From the NCBI GenBank assembly GCA_963719315.1, contig CAVRBU010000002.1, positions 1,088,001 through 1,152,000 on the forward strand: DNA of 64,000 bases, in the 5' to 3' direction. The notes under the pieces are model-generated. The model saw only the letters and a list, made by a program, of their open reading frames with translations. It was not told where the DNA came from and did not search any database. The translations under genes and the position numbers were made by a program. The DNA is from an uncultured Planctomycetota bacterium. Its GTDB lineage: Bacteria > Planctomycetota > Planctomycetia > Pirellulales > Lacipirellulaceae. Shown piece by piece: positions 21,259 through 32,130 of this stretch. The number at the start of each line of letters is the position of its first letter. The first letter of the stretch is position 1.

Positions 21259-21518
21259 TATTTGCTCGGTTCCTACGACGATGGAATCCTCAAAGGATCA
21301 CACAGAAGTGACGCAGAACTGATAGCCACTGAACTGCCCATGTGGACGCACTTCAATCAACCACCTCAGGAAATTATCGTTGTGGCTCATGCTTCGTTCT
21401 GCGACGATAACGTGCCAGTTCATAGCCAGCAATATTCGAGAAAATAGCCAAAAAGAGACTGACTTCCCCGCGCGTCTATCAGAGAAGCCAGCCTCTTGAT
21501 GGTGCTGAACGAATAGGA

Positions 21519-22436
21519 CTATTTTGTAGGCGGCCAGGAGTTATACGATTCATCATTCTGATGACGCCAAGTTCTATCGGCAAAGTCCGGCCAGTGATCC
21601 TTGTCGAAACCCTCAATTCCTTTGAACGAATCTTTAGTCACAGAAAGTTCGGCTGTGAGCTTGTCGTTGGAGTCCCTTTGGATTGCAAAAGACTTAAGCG
21701 GAATTGCAAAAAGCTTGTTCCCCACCCCCAGGAAACCACCGACAGACAGAGCTACATAACGGGCGTGCCCATTGGCGTCGTCAATAATAACATCATTGAT
21801 CTCACCGACCGTATCATTGTTTGCGTTATGGACGTTTAGCCCGGAAAGCTCACTCACCCGGGCCAGGTTTGCTGGATGAGTTGTTTTGTTTGCATACCGC
21901 CGATGAAGAGATACATAAGCGCGGTCATTTGTGGTCCGCCATGATTCGTCAGCCATATTGGGCCACGCATTTTGGTCGAAGCCTTGTGCGTTCTTTAGCG
22001 TGTCTTTGGAGACATCTAGAATCGCAACGACATCGCGAAGCTTTTTATTCTCCGTCACCGTCGGATTGTTGGCGGAGCGTTCCTCATCCGCGTTGTTAGC
22101 GGGGGCGTTTTCCGACGGAAGAAAAGTAAAAGCATCATAAGGAATCGCAAACAGTTTGTCGCCGATTCCCAAGAATCCACCCACTGATATCGCAACGTAG
22201 GCTACTTCGCCTGTTTTGGTGTCCATGACCAGGTCATATATCTTTCCGACGTCTTCTCCAGAAGCGTTCTTTACCGTCAGCCCCTCCAGTTGCGTTGCAC
22301 GAATAGCCGGGCTAGTAAGACGTGACTGCCCGGATACCGTGGGTGCTGTTTCGGAACGCGCTATGGCTTGCGCAAAAACAACCGATGGGAATAGGAAGGT
22401 GGTTACCGTGAACAGAGTCAATAAATTTGTTTTCAT
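21519..22436 (-). CDS. Exported protein with two PRC-barrel domains
   Basis: Signal peptide; two copies of V.N..GE.VG.I.D...D...G...YVA.SVGGFLG.G.KLFAIP and GFD...WP..AD..W. Confidence 0.9.
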   Translation of the reverse strand: MKTNLLTLFTVTTFLFPSVVFAQAIARSETAPTVSGQSRLTSPAIRATQLEGLTVKNASGEDVGKIYDLVMDTKTGEVAYVAISVGGFLGIGDKLFAIPYDAFTFLPSENAPANNADEERSANNPTVTENKKLRDVVAILDVSKDTLKNAQGFDQNAWPNMADESWRTTNDRAYVSLHRRYANKTTHPANLARVSELSGLNVHNANNDTVGEINDVIIDDANGHARYVALSVGGFLGVGNKLFAIPLKSFAIQRDSNDKLTAELSVTKDSFKGIEGFDKDHWPDFADRTWRHQNDESYNSWPPTK

Positions 22437-22841
22437 AGCATCTATCTTTCGTATTAGAGTGATGAAACGGTATCGCAAAAGAGTCCCTGCAGGATCACCA
22501 CGAGTCACTACAAACCGCATTCCAAAAGCAGAGAGGGGCCTCAGCGCATAAACGTGCCCTGCGCAGCAAGAAATCAAGAATGTCGCAAGGCTTGCAGGCG
22601 ATCTTCTAAAAAGCCGACTGGTCTAAAGACGTTCAGTATCGCTGGCTTCCAGAGGAGTCGGTTCGTTACTTCAATTTGAGAATTAACTCTTTAGTTGGGT
22701 ACAGGTCGATTTCTCCCTTCACGGCCACACGGGCGAAAGGACGAGTTCGACAAACCTTAGGGACGAGATTGTGGTTCATCCTCCGTGCAGTTTATAGCCG
22801 AAAAGAATCTCGGTGCCTCGTCTTCCCTTAATAATATATAA

Positions 22842-23807
22842 GAACCCCTAACAATACTGTCTACTAGCAGTGCTAGTAATTGATTCGAGTCGTTGTGGAA
22901 GATGTAAAACTTGTTTTTGAAATTGCAGTCGTGACACGGCGTTGATTGTCCCCAGAATTCCTTTGGAGTGAAACCAACTATCTGGAGGACCAACGATGGC
23001 TAAAGAATTAGTTCCTGACGAATTGTGGGAGATGTTGTCTCCTTTACTCCCTGAACACGAACCGAGCCCCAAAGGAGGCCGACCGCGGATCGATGATCGC
23101 AAAGTCTTGACCGGAATCATTTTTGTTTTACGAACGGGTATTCCTTGGGAATATCTTCCCCTGGAAATGGGATGTGGATCTGGAATGACCTGCTGGCGAC
23201 GGTTACAGGAGTGGCACGAAGCAGGCGTCTGGGAGGCGTTGAAACAAACATTGTTGGAGAATCTGCGCAGCGCCGATCAACTCGATTGGTCGCGAGCGGC
23301 AGTCGATAGTGCGACGGTTCGTGCTGTAGGGGGCGGCGAAAAAACGGGACCGAACCCAACGGATCGGCGAAAACCCGGCAGTAAACATCATGTGGTCACC
23401 GATGCGAACGGCGTCCCGCTCAAATTCATTCTCACCGCCGCCAATCGACACGACGTGACCCAACTGATCCCGTTGATTGACGGAATCGAGCCGGTGGCGG
23501 GCAAACCGGGCCGGCCGAAACAGCGTCCGGAAGAGGTGTATGCGGATCGGGCGTACGACTCCGAAAAGCACCGACAAGCACTCCGCGATCGCGGCATCAA
23601 ACCCCACTTGGCTAAACGCAATACGGAACATGGCAGCGGCCTAGGAATTTATCGTTGGGTTTCCGAACGTACGCTCAGTTGGATGAATAATTTCCGGCGG
23701 CTGCGAACGCGATTTGATCGGAGGGCCGATATCCATAAAGCCTTTGTGACTCTGGCTCAATCTCTCATCTGCTTCAACATACTCACCGAAGGGTTTTGTT
23801 AGGGGTT
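22842..23807 (+). mobile_element. IS5-family insertion sequence, copy 1
   Basis: IRs GAACCCCTAACAA / TTGTTAGGGGTT(C missing); TAA on both flanks; near-identical to 47223-48189. Confidence 0.92.
22996..23802 (+). CDS. IS5-family transposase
   Basis: GGRPRIDDR..LTGIIFVLRTGIPW, AVDSA, GPNPTDRRKPGSKHH..TD..G.P, ADRAYD, RWVSERT. Confidence 0.95.
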   Translation: MAKELVPDELWEMLSPLLPEHEPSPKGGRPRIDDRKVLTGIIFVLRTGIPWEYLPLEMGCGSGMTCWRRLQEWHEAGVWEALKQTLLENLRSADQLDWSRAAVDSATVRAVGGGEKTGPNPTDRRKPGSKHHVVTDANGVPLKFILTAANRHDVTQLIPLIDGIEPVAGKPGRPKQRPEEVYADRAYDSEKHRQALRDRGIKPHLAKRNTEHGSGLGIYRWVSERTLSWMNNFRRLRTRFDRRADIHKAFVTLAQSLICFNILTEGFC

Positions 23808-23858
23808 TAAGTTGGAAAGCAGGGCTCGTGCGCGGGCGGCACAACAATAACGCCAACG

Positions 23859-24410
23859 TCAACCAAGCTTGCGACGTTTCGTCGGACGTTTAATGCGTGA
23901 CTCTGGCGTTACCTTGCCAGAGCCCGGCCGCCTGGGCGCTTTCTTGGCAAGGCTCGCCTTTAGTGCATCCATGAGGTTAATGACGGGTGGACCGCTCTCG
24001 TCAACTGGCGGTCGCGCGACCTCATGGCCAGCGATTTTCGATTGGACCAAAACTTCTAGTCGCTCATTATAAAGGTTGCGGAATTCATCCATTTGGGCAT
24101 GCTTATCAATGGAGACGTCAATCAATGTCTTTGCCAGTTTGAGTTCCTGCGGAGAGACCTCTGCATCACCAAGATTTTTTTCGAACGAGGCGGCCGGTCG
24201 AACGGCAGCATCGTAGTGCAAAACGGAAACTGAGAGTAACCGGCCAACCGGCCTCAACACAACAAGTTGCTCCCTGTTTGAAATTACAACCTGTGCCAGG
24301 CCAACTACTTTTTCGTTGGACATTGCTTGTTGTAGGACCGCGTACGGCTTTTGGGCTTGCTTGCCGTCAGGCAATAAGTAATAGGTTTGGCCAGAGAAAT
24401 AGATCGGATC
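23859..24410 (-). pseudogene. ku: Ku (NHEJ) protein, C-terminal part only; 5' part removed at the IS boundary
   Basis: DPIYFSGQTYYLLPD...KPYAVL..AM...VGLAQVVISNREQLVVLRP, ELKLAKTLI, VINLMDALKASL and basic tail; the frame ends exactly at the IS inverted repeat. Confidence 0.88.
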
Positions 24411-25402
24411 TGCTCAGTAGAAAACGTCTGAATGCTAGCTAAACATCGGTGTGTGTTGGTTCGTATGACGGTGGATGAAGACGAGCAAGAGTCCGAAGCG
24501 CGTGTTGGTCGAGGCACTGGCCGTGGCCCAGGCTTCGCTGCCGCGGTACTCGCATCGGTTCAGCCCACGGGTCTTCACGCAGCATCAACTGTTTGCCTGT
24601 CTGGTGCTCAAGGATTTTTACAACCTGACCTATCGGGGCACCGTTGGCCTGTTGGCGGACAGCGATTCGCTGTGCGAAGCGATCGGCCTGGAAAAGGTGC
24701 CCCACTTCACGACGCTGCAAAAGTCGGCCGATCGGTTGTTGGTGAAGAAGTCGTTTCAACGGCTGATCACGGCCACGGTCCAGCGGGCACGGAAGGCCAA
24801 GCTGCTCCGCCGCTCCGTGCGATTGGCAGCCATCGACACCAGCGGCTTCGAAGCGCGGCACACCAGTCGCTACTATGCCTGGCGTCGAAAAAAGGTGGGA
24901 AAACACGGACGAACGTGCGCCGTCTCCTATCGCCGCTACCCCAAGCTGGGCGTGGTCTGCGACACGACGAGTCATTTCTGCCTGGCGGCCCGGGCTAGCC
25001 AGGGACCGCGGCCCGACTTCGGCGATTTCCGCCCGCTCGTCGTCGAAGCGCAGGCTCGCACCGGAGTGAAGGCGGTCGCGGCGGACGCCGGCTTCGACAG
25101 CGAAGCCAACCACGTGTTGGCCCGCGACGAACTGGGGATTCAGTCCCTGATCCCCGCCGAGCACGGCCGACCGCCGGCCGGGGAACCCGTGGGCCGCTAT
25201 CGAAAGCAGATGAAACGTCATTTGCACGAAAGTCGTTATGGACAACGTTGGCAGGTGGAAACCGTCTACTCGATGATCAAACGTCTCTCGGGAGAAGTCG
25301 TCAACGCCCGCACCCACTGGCGCCGCTGCCGACTCCTGCTCCTCAAAACACTCACTCACAACATCTCGATTCTCAGACAACACCTAGGTTTTCTACTGAG
25401 CA
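24411..25402 (+). mobile_element. Insertion sequence (IS5/IS4-superfamily DDE transposase)
   Basis: Perfect 15-bp IRs TGCTCAGTAGAAAAC / GTTTTCTACTGAGCA; no flanking direct repeat. Confidence 0.88.
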
Positions 25403-25428
25403 CAACTGTCCCCTTTTCCCTCCCATAA
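24475..25428 (+). CDS. DDE transposase (DDE_Tnp_1-like)
   Basis: VPHFTTL, AAIDTSGF, ADAGFDSE, YGQRWQVETVYSMIKR; the ORF reads through the right IR. Confidence 0.9.
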   Translation: MKTSKSPKRVLVEALAVAQASLPRYSHRFSPRVFTQHQLFACLVLKDFYNLTYRGTVGLLADSDSLCEAIGLEKVPHFTTLQKSADRLLVKKSFQRLITATVQRARKAKLLRRSVRLAAIDTSGFEARHTSRYYAWRRKKVGKHGRTCAVSYRRYPKLGVVCDTTSHFCLAARASQGPRPDFGDFRPLVVEAQARTGVKAVAADAGFDSEANHVLARDELGIQSLIPAEHGRPPAGEPVGRYRKQMKRHLHESRYGQRWQVETVYSMIKRLSGEVVNARTHWRRCRLLLLKTLTHNISILRQHLGFLLSTTVPFSLP

Positions 25429-25984
25429 TTGTGAGAAGCAGAAGTATCAGCGAAAGGACGAAAGTTGTCGGTTCCGGCACCACTGACTCGACTCGGACGC
25501 GAAGGTCGCCTACCTTCACGTTGCCCACGAAGTTCGGCAGACTTTCACGCAGGGCGATGAAATCTGCCAAACCCGCGACGCCCGTATCGTTGATGAAACG
25601 CGGGTCAATCCACTCGGCCAACCTGCCGTCGGTAACGCCCAGAATCTCACCTGCCGAAAACATGGCCGGCGGCGGGAGCAGGCTTCCATAGTCGATCCCC
25701 AGCGAACCGCCGGCTGTGTTGGTGAATAGCGGTACTTCATAAGGTAGCGCCTGCTCACGTACGTCGCTTCCTAAAAGATCCCAGATGATGCAGTCGTCGT
25801 CGCCAGCAACGCCGTGATTGATCGCGATCGCCATCACGCTGTCCAACGGCACGAGCAACTCGATGCGCGCATCACGGTTATCGTCGATCAGCGTCGAATA
25901 AACGAAGCCGTCCCCACTATCGAGCCCGAACTCGATCGGTTCCAACGGTCCCATGCCTAGCAGAATGATGATCACTTGGGTCAT
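25403..25984 (-). CDS. PEP-CTERM protein; native 3' end cut by the IS
   Basis: VVPEPTTFVLSLILLLLTIMGGKRG; AAGGAG RBS. Confidence 0.75.
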
Positions 25985-26040
25985 TGCAGTTCTCCTTTAT
26001 GTGCCAGAGTCGGACGGACAAATATGACTTGCTCCTTTTT

Positions 26041-26826
26041 TTATAAATCCAGAATTTCTGCTTTCCGTCTCCTCGCCATGAATATCCCGACCGACAGACA
26101 CGCGCCGACCAAGACGAGGGTGGCCGGTTCGAGAACGAAAGTGTGAATCTCGGCGCTATTGAACAGGCGTATGGCATCCCCGGGGGCGTCGAGATAGAAG
26201 CTGAGCGTGTGCAAGTGCTCGGTCGTCGTCAGCAGCGTGATCGGACCCAGGGTGTCGCCGAAGGGCACAGGGCCGGGCACGCTGGCGGCCGGGCCTTCAT
26301 GGGCCGTGCCTAGGTCGAAGATGTTGACTGTCGCCGTGTAGAACAGCTCCGCGTAGCTGATTGAATTGCCCAGCGTATTTTCAAACTGACCGTCGATCAT
26401 GGCATCGTGCATGGCGATGCCCGAGGCGGCGTAATTATGCTTTACCGCGATCTCGCCATTGATAAGGCCGGGCATGAGCTTCTCGATCAGCGTGTCGGTA
26501 ACGATCGTCGAGACGGGAGGCGTGCCAAGGCCGCCGCTGGCGAGCACGGTGCCGTTGGCCGTCCAGGTGTTCATGGCGTCGCTGACAGTGAAGTCGATTT
26601 CTATGTCGCCGACGGCCGGGTTGAGGTCCGGCGCGACGTTGTCCGGATAAACCGTGGGGATGCCGCCGTTCACGCTGATCTCGACTGAGAAGCCAGCCAA
26701 GGCCGGATTGGACGACCCGAACGTCCAGGCAAGCGCGATCAGAAGTAAGCAATACGGGCGGCGAAACAACCCATTCTGAGCGACGTGCGACTTCGTCGTT
26801 ATTGGAAAACGATTGTCAAGTACCAT
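26041..26826 (-). CDS. Secreted protein with a variant PEP-CTERM tail (VLEP)
   Basis: Signal peptide ending PALA; FVLEPATLVLVGACLSVGIFMARRRK; AGGAG RBS. Confidence 0.8.
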   Translation of the reverse strand: MVLDNRFPITTKSHVAQNGLFRRPYCLLLIALAWTFGSSNPALAGFSVEISVNGGIPTVYPDNVAPDLNPAVGDIEIDFTVSDAMNTWTANGTVLASGGLGTPPVSTIVTDTLIEKLMPGLINGEIAVKHNYAASGIAMHDAMIDGQFENTLGNSISYAELFYTATVNIFDLGTAHEGPAASVPGPVPFGDTLGPITLLTTTEHLHTLSFYLDAPGDAIRLFNSAEIHTFVLEPATLVLVGACLSVGIFMARRRKAEILDL

Positions 26827-26909
26827 GAGTCTCCTATGGGTTGGCCCTGAACGGCGCGCTGCTCGCTTGCGGAAGAAAGGATCAGCGGCCGTTCGATCTT
26901 TTCATGATT

Positions 26910-27638
26910 TCAGAATATCCCCCACATCGCACGCCTGCGACCGCGGGTCAGCAGCACCGCGGATGCAAGGAGCAAAACGATCAGCGTCGGCGGCTCGGGA
27001 ACGAGCGAATGGACATCGACCAGACTGCCCGTGTGGTTCGTAAATTTGACGAGAGCGGGAGTGGCGGTAAGAACAGGGCCCGGGAGCGACGCGTGAAAAC
27101 CGTCAGGATTGTCGCCAATGAACACCCATAAACCATCTCCAGGGTTCCAGATGATCTGATTCCCACCCCACCCCCATCCAATAACATCAAGGGTAACGGC
27201 GTGGAGACTCTCTACCGTGCCGTCACCTCCCACGCCCGGCGGTAGTACCAGGTCACCCATGGCCTCGTTCACATTGAATAGGCCGGAGGAAGTGCCGATT
27301 TCGATAATCCAACTTGGCTCTCCAAGTATGGTTCCGTCGAAGTCCAACGTGGCACGCGATTGGATGTTGCCCGCACCGTCGAGGTCTTCGATGATGAACT
27401 TGCCGGTTTGTTCCGCAAAATCGTAGCGAAACCCGTGGCCGCCCATGTAGGGCTTGGGCACCAGGGTCCCTGCCTCCCCGGGGTCAAGGAAGAGGTTCGA
27501 TGCAAACGCGGTCGGCGAGGTCAAGAGCAACAGTGAGACAACTGTAAACAGTCGTGCGACCGAGCGACGGCGGCCCGGTCGGTCAGGCCGCTGGAGCGCT
27601 CCAAACGTCCATAAGAGGCTTGGTTCAAACGATTTCAT
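26910..27638 (-). CDS. PEP-CTERM protein
   Basis: Signal peptide ending TAFA; LVPEPPTLIVLLLASAVLLTRGRRR; GGAGGAG RBS before ATG 27638. Confidence 0.82.
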   Translation of the reverse strand: MKSFEPSLLWTFGALQRPDRPGRRRSVARLFTVVSLLLLTSPTAFASNLFLDPGEAGTLVPKPYMGGHGFRYDFAEQTGKFIIEDLDGAGNIQSRATLDFDGTILGEPSWIIEIGTSSGLFNVNEAMGDLVLPPGVGGDGTVESLHAVTLDVIGWGWGGNQIIWNPGDGLWVFIGDNPDGFHASLPGPVLTATPALVKFTNHTGSLVDVHSLVPEPPTLIVLLLASAVLLTRGRRRAMWGIF

Positions 27639-27700
27639 TGGATCTCCTCCTTTGGCAAGATAATCGTCGAATGGGAAACGATGAGCGAAATGTGGACATT

Positions 27701-28414
27701 TCATGGGATGGTCTTCCGCGATACGGATCGCCCGTGGCGACGGCACGAATAGGCGACGCCAATTAAGCCGATCGCCAACAGCGCAATATTGCCCGGTTCA
27801 GGAACCTGCGAGAACCGCTGCTCGAACATGGTGAGTAGGGCGCCTTCGCCTACCAACTCGATTTGTTTGAACACGTGCACGAACGACTGCGGCGGGAACT
27901 CGGCCGAATCGAAATGATCCGGACCTCCCGAATTTGCTACGTCGCCCACCATGGCCTGCACGAATTTGAAGCCGAGGGGTGCCCCGGAGGCATCCGAAAT
28001 CGATTCCCGGATATTGATCACGCCGCTGGTTGAACCGGAGACAAAGGTGAAGCCGTTGAGCCAGAGCGAGTTGTCCTTGATCAACGGTTCGCCGCTGCTG
28101 GTCTGGACGTCGAACGAGAACTCGAGAACGATGAACGAATTGCCGGAATTCAAACTGTTCGGGATGTTAAACTTGATGCCCGGGTTTAGCGGGTCATCTT
28201 CCAGCGGCGTGACGAAAATGCCGTCCAAGCTGCCGGCAGCCGTCGGTCCAAGATCAAAGTCGTCCAACTTCCAGTTTGAAAACACCTTGTCGTCGGCGGT
28301 AATCGTTGCGCCTTGAAACAGGTCGAGCAAAGTAAGGTCCTGTGCTTGGACGGCGGAACTAAAAAATGCACCGACGATCAGCAATGTACAAGCGAGTATG
28401 CGTAACACTTTCAT
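27701..28414 (-). CDS. PEP-CTERM protein
   Basis: Signal peptide ending AVQA; QRFSQVPEPGNIALLAIGLIGVAYSCRRH; AAGGAG RBS. Confidence 0.88.
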   Translation of the reverse strand: MKVLRILACTLLIVGAFFSSAVQAQDLTLLDLFQGATITADDKVFSNWKLDDFDLGPTAAGSLDGIFVTPLEDDPLNPGIKFNIPNSLNSGNSFIVLEFSFDVQTSSGEPLIKDNSLWLNGFTFVSGSTSGVINIRESISDASGAPLGFKFVQAMVGDVANSGGPDHFDSAEFPPQSFVHVFKQIELVGEGALLTMFEQRFSQVPEPGNIALLAIGLIGVAYSCRRHGRSVSRKTIP

Positions 28415-28431
28415 GGGTTCTTACTCCTTGG

Positions 28432-29106
28432 TTACGAGGACACGGGACGACTCAACAACTCGTCGGGATGACCGACCGAGCGCACTCGCAGGCGCTTTAA
28501 GCAAATGGGTGGGAAATGGGGACTTAACGGACTTAACACTTTTCCAAAGATCCAGATTGCCCGCTTCTCCCTCCGATGCGCAACTTGCGCCTCGCCGTTA
28601 AACGTCGGCAGCGACGACACGTCGATGGCCAGCAAGTCGGCTGCTGTAGATAATTCCGTATTCTCATGCACCAGACCGTCCAGAATGTCGATCATTCCGT
28701 CGGAGACGGTAACCGGCTGTCCGAGCGACAACCGGCCGGCAGAAGCACTGGGCGATATCACGATGAGCGGGTCCCCAGTCACGCTCTTGACGATCGGATC
28801 CTCGTGAGGGCACGACTCCAAATCGCGGATGACCAATAAATCGCCGTCCTCATTCTCACGCTGCGCGTGAACGGCTAACGCAGCTTCGCCCGGCACAACG
28901 TCAAAGACGCCCGATGCGACGCAGTCACCATCTGCGTCGGAGAAGTTCAGCGAAGTGTTTGTTCCTGCCGACTCGCTAAGTGCGACCTTCCATGCGGTGA
29001 AAGCCTTCTCCACTATGGAAAACAACGTCGCCCGGAATGGCACGTTGTAGACGGGCGCCGCGGTCGAGCCAAGAACGGCAATGACAAGAATCCGAATCAG
29101 GTTCAT
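28432..29106 (-). CDS. Secreted hypothetical protein, apparent paralogue of 25403-25984 without a PEP-CTERM tail
   Basis: GGAGG RBS, short signal peptide, shared motif S.G....V.DG...AD..A...SLP.F.G...V. Confidence 0.6.
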   Translation of the reverse strand: MNLIRILVIAVLGSTAAPVYNVPFRATLFSIVEKAFTAWKVALSESAGTNTSLNFSDADGDCVASGVFDVVPGEAALAVHAQRENEDGDLLVIRDLESCPHEDPIVKSVTGDPLIVISPSASAGRLSLGQPVTVSDGMIDILDGLVHENTELSTAADLLAIDVSSLPTFNGEAQVAHRREKRAIWIFGKVLSPLSPHFPPICLKRLRVRSVGHPDELLSRPVSS

Positions 29107-29548
29107 CAGGCACCTCCATTGGCGAGACAGGTGGGGCCGGGAACCGATCAAAAATCGCAGGGGCCTCTATTATAGCAGGGCTCCAGGTACTTTCGGACGG
29201 CGTGCCGGAATCTTCATCAAAAACTTTTGGGCCACGACGATTTGCCGTGGAATCGGCGCGCCGGAGAACGGGTTCCGGGGGTTTGGGAGAGATTCAAGAT
29301 TCGTTGGGTTGATAATGAATCCAACGGGCCAAAGCGGCCCCGGCGTCTCATTCCGAGAAGACGTAAGACATTCAGGAACGGAAAACCTGCGCCGCCTTCG
29401 CCGCTCGTTGGGTTCTGGAACGCCGGGAGACGAGGGGGATCAGGGTTACCGAAGCCAGCCAAGCCGCCATCCAAACCGCCAGCCATCCCCCCGTTTCTAT
29501 ATTTGTACGTTGATGACATGACATGCGGAGACTTACTGGCAGGGCCGG

Positions 29549-29752
29549 TCATTCTTTCAGTACGAACGTCACCTTCATGTTGACGCGATACTCTGAGATC
29601 TTGCCGCCGTCGACGGCCACGGTCTGCTCTTGAATCCATGCTCCTTTGACTTTATCGAGCGTCTTGTCCGCCCGAGCGATCCCTTGCTGGATCGCATCCT
29701 CGAAGCTCTTTGTGGACGAGGCAGTAATCTCGGTGACTTTCGCAATGGCCAT
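29549..29752 (-). CDS. Dodecin family protein
   Basis: KVTEITASSTKSFEDAIQQGIARADKTL...ISEYRVNMKVTFVL, 67 aa; AGGAGG RBS. Confidence 0.93.
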   Translation of the reverse strand: MAIAKVTEITASSTKSFEDAIQQGIARADKTLDKVKGAWIQEQTVAVDGGKISEYRVNMKVTFVLKE

Positions 29753-29976
29753 GATGGGGCCTCCTGTTAAGTAGAATTGGTAAGCGTCTGCTGGGATGAA
29801 TGAAACGCACTTTACCGACCAGCAACTCTCTGAACCCTAGAGGATTTTCTGGCTGGAATCAATCGAGGGGCGTTCAGTGCCGTGTCTCAACGGTGAATAT
29901 GCGGGATGCCCGAGAATATGTTGAGATTTCGGGACGCGACAATGGCGACGGTCGCGATCAATGGTACTATCGGCAA

Positions 29977-31716
29977 TCAAGGTGGTTCGTCGCCAAGACG
30001 GGCGCGCCCGCAGAGTTGGCCCAAGAACTTCCACAGCACGTAGGCGAGAAAACAGACCAAGATATGAGCGAGCACGCGGTCTTGCTTTTGGTGCCACACG
30101 GGCCGTAGCGCCAGATCGCTCTTTTGGATGCGGAACGCCGCCTCGGCGTCGGTCAGTTGCGTGTACGCCCGCCACAAGTCTTCGTCGCTCCAGTCGCCGA
30201 CGTTCGTGCGCAACACGTAGGCGCCTTCGCTCAGTTGCGACCAGGCGCGCCACCGCTCGATCTTCGTCCCCGTGATTTGAGCCGCACCATGTTCATCGGC
30301 GCGAATGCGGATGTCGAACAGTCCGGCCGCGCGGGTGTTCTGCCCGAGCAAGCGGCCGACGCGGCGTTCGATCGCGCCCACTTGCTGCGGCGACCGGCGC
30401 AGGCCGCGGCAATCTTGGCAAGTCCTTCCTCAATCCGACGCTCGAATCGCGCGTGCATCGCCTGCTCCTTCTGCTGCCGCTCGCGGCTGCGGCAGAGCAC
30501 GAACGTTTCTTGGCCGCCATCGGGACACGCGCAGAGTTGCACCTCGAGCCCGTCGCGAATCATTCGCCATTCCTGCGACAGCAACTGCTGCTCGAACCGC
30601 TGGAGTTGGCTCTTGGGCGTGCCGACGATGTATCGCCGGTCGCCGGCATTGAGAAAGTCGATGTTCTCCTCGCTCACCAGGCCGCGATCGAGTGCCCAGA
30701 TGCGCTGGGCCTTGCCGTAGCGGGCCTCCATCGTGTCGACCATCTCTGGCAGCGTCGTCGAATCGTGCCGATTGCCGGCGAACACTTCGTAGCCCAGCGG
30801 CAGGCCGCACCGCGTCACCACCAGGCCGATGCAAACTTGCTTGCAGTCGGGCCGATGGTCGCGCGAGTAGCCCCGCTGGGCCAGCGGATTGGCGGCGGCC
30901 TGCCCCTCGAAGTACGTGCTGGTGACGTCGTACAGCAGCAGGTCGTACTCGATGGCGAATAGTTCGCCAAACCGCCGCTTGAGAAACGCTTCCAGCGCCG
31001 GCTTGTGCGGCAACAGCGCGTCGAGGCCACGATACAGCCGGTTGTCGTCGACCTGCTCGATCGGCACGCCGAGCAAGTCGCACAGCGCCGTCTGACGATA
31101 GAAATGCTCGGCGATGCGCAATTCGCTCGATGGTTCGCAGAGCCGTGCGACGACCAGAACGAGCGCGGTGAGCGACCACGGCACGCGTTCGCGTCCCGGC
31201 GGCATGGCGTCGCGCAGGAATTCGTCGAGACCGAGTCGCTTGATGAGCTCCAGCGCCAGCCACGGTCCGCCGAACCGTCGGCAGTTCTCGACGCGAACGC
31301 GCGTGCGGTCGATTTCGACGAACTGCGGCTCGACGTCGGTCTCGGCGAACAGCCGCTGTTGTTGCTGCTGTGACGCCTGCGGCGGATCGGCGGAGTGTTC
31401 AACACCGAGTCGCCCGGCCTCGTCCATCAACCCCAGATAGGCAACCGTCCTCTGACGTGGTCCACGCTCCGTGCGGTACGATTCAACGAGAGCCCAATAG
31501 GCCTCGCGCTTGCCGTTGCGTCGACGAAAGTGCGGCCGCAGAAACATGGCCACCATCGTAGCGGCCCGCACGGCCGACTTTTTCCACTACACGCCCTTCC
31601 ACGAAGAAAAGCCGCCGCCACTCGACCCCTCGACCATCACCAAAGGACTTACGTCGGAAAAATGATCGAGAACATCTCCGCCAGCCGGATTTTTGAAAAC
31701 TGCTGGGGAAGTTGGG
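29977..31716 (-). mobile_element. IS1634-family element, 3'-truncated; transposase from ATG 31547, frameshift near 30380
   Basis: MFLR...YWALVESYRTERGPRQRTVAYLG, LLLYDVTSTYFEG, GYSRDHRPDCKQ, DRG, YVLRTN, AEAAFRIQKSDLALRPVWHQ; one end CCCAACTTCC at 31716, other end not found. Confidence 0.88.
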
Positions 31717-32130
31717 CTAAGATGATGATCCGCAGATTGCGCAAGAGATAGGCGTCGTTGGTCTGCTTCTGCAGATCTTGCAACTCTGCGATTGAATGCT
31801 GACTCGACACATCCATGAGCTACTCCTAAAAAGGATGAAGCTCTAGGTGTATTGCGCGAAATGGGAATGCGCAAGAGCCTGCGCAGGAAGCGCGCTGCTT
31901 TTTGTTAGAAAGCGTATAACTTAATTCCCACTATCGCTTCGAGGTCTCAATGTAAACTGAAACGGCTTGATTAAAGCCTTTTTGTTGTGCGGGTCAATTG
32001 GGTTGCCTCGCAAGGTCGCCCTCATCAGGCGAATGAGGCCAGAAACACATGAGCTGACCGACGTAATTTCGGTCGAGCTCTGATTTGGAAATGATTGGCT
32101 GCACCAAAACATCACCGCTATACTTCTAAA

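Noticed and set aside
29217..29520. Gly-rich ORF downstream of dodecin as a possible peptide precursor
   Set aside because: No recognisable leader or neighbouring maturation enzymes; coding status unsupported
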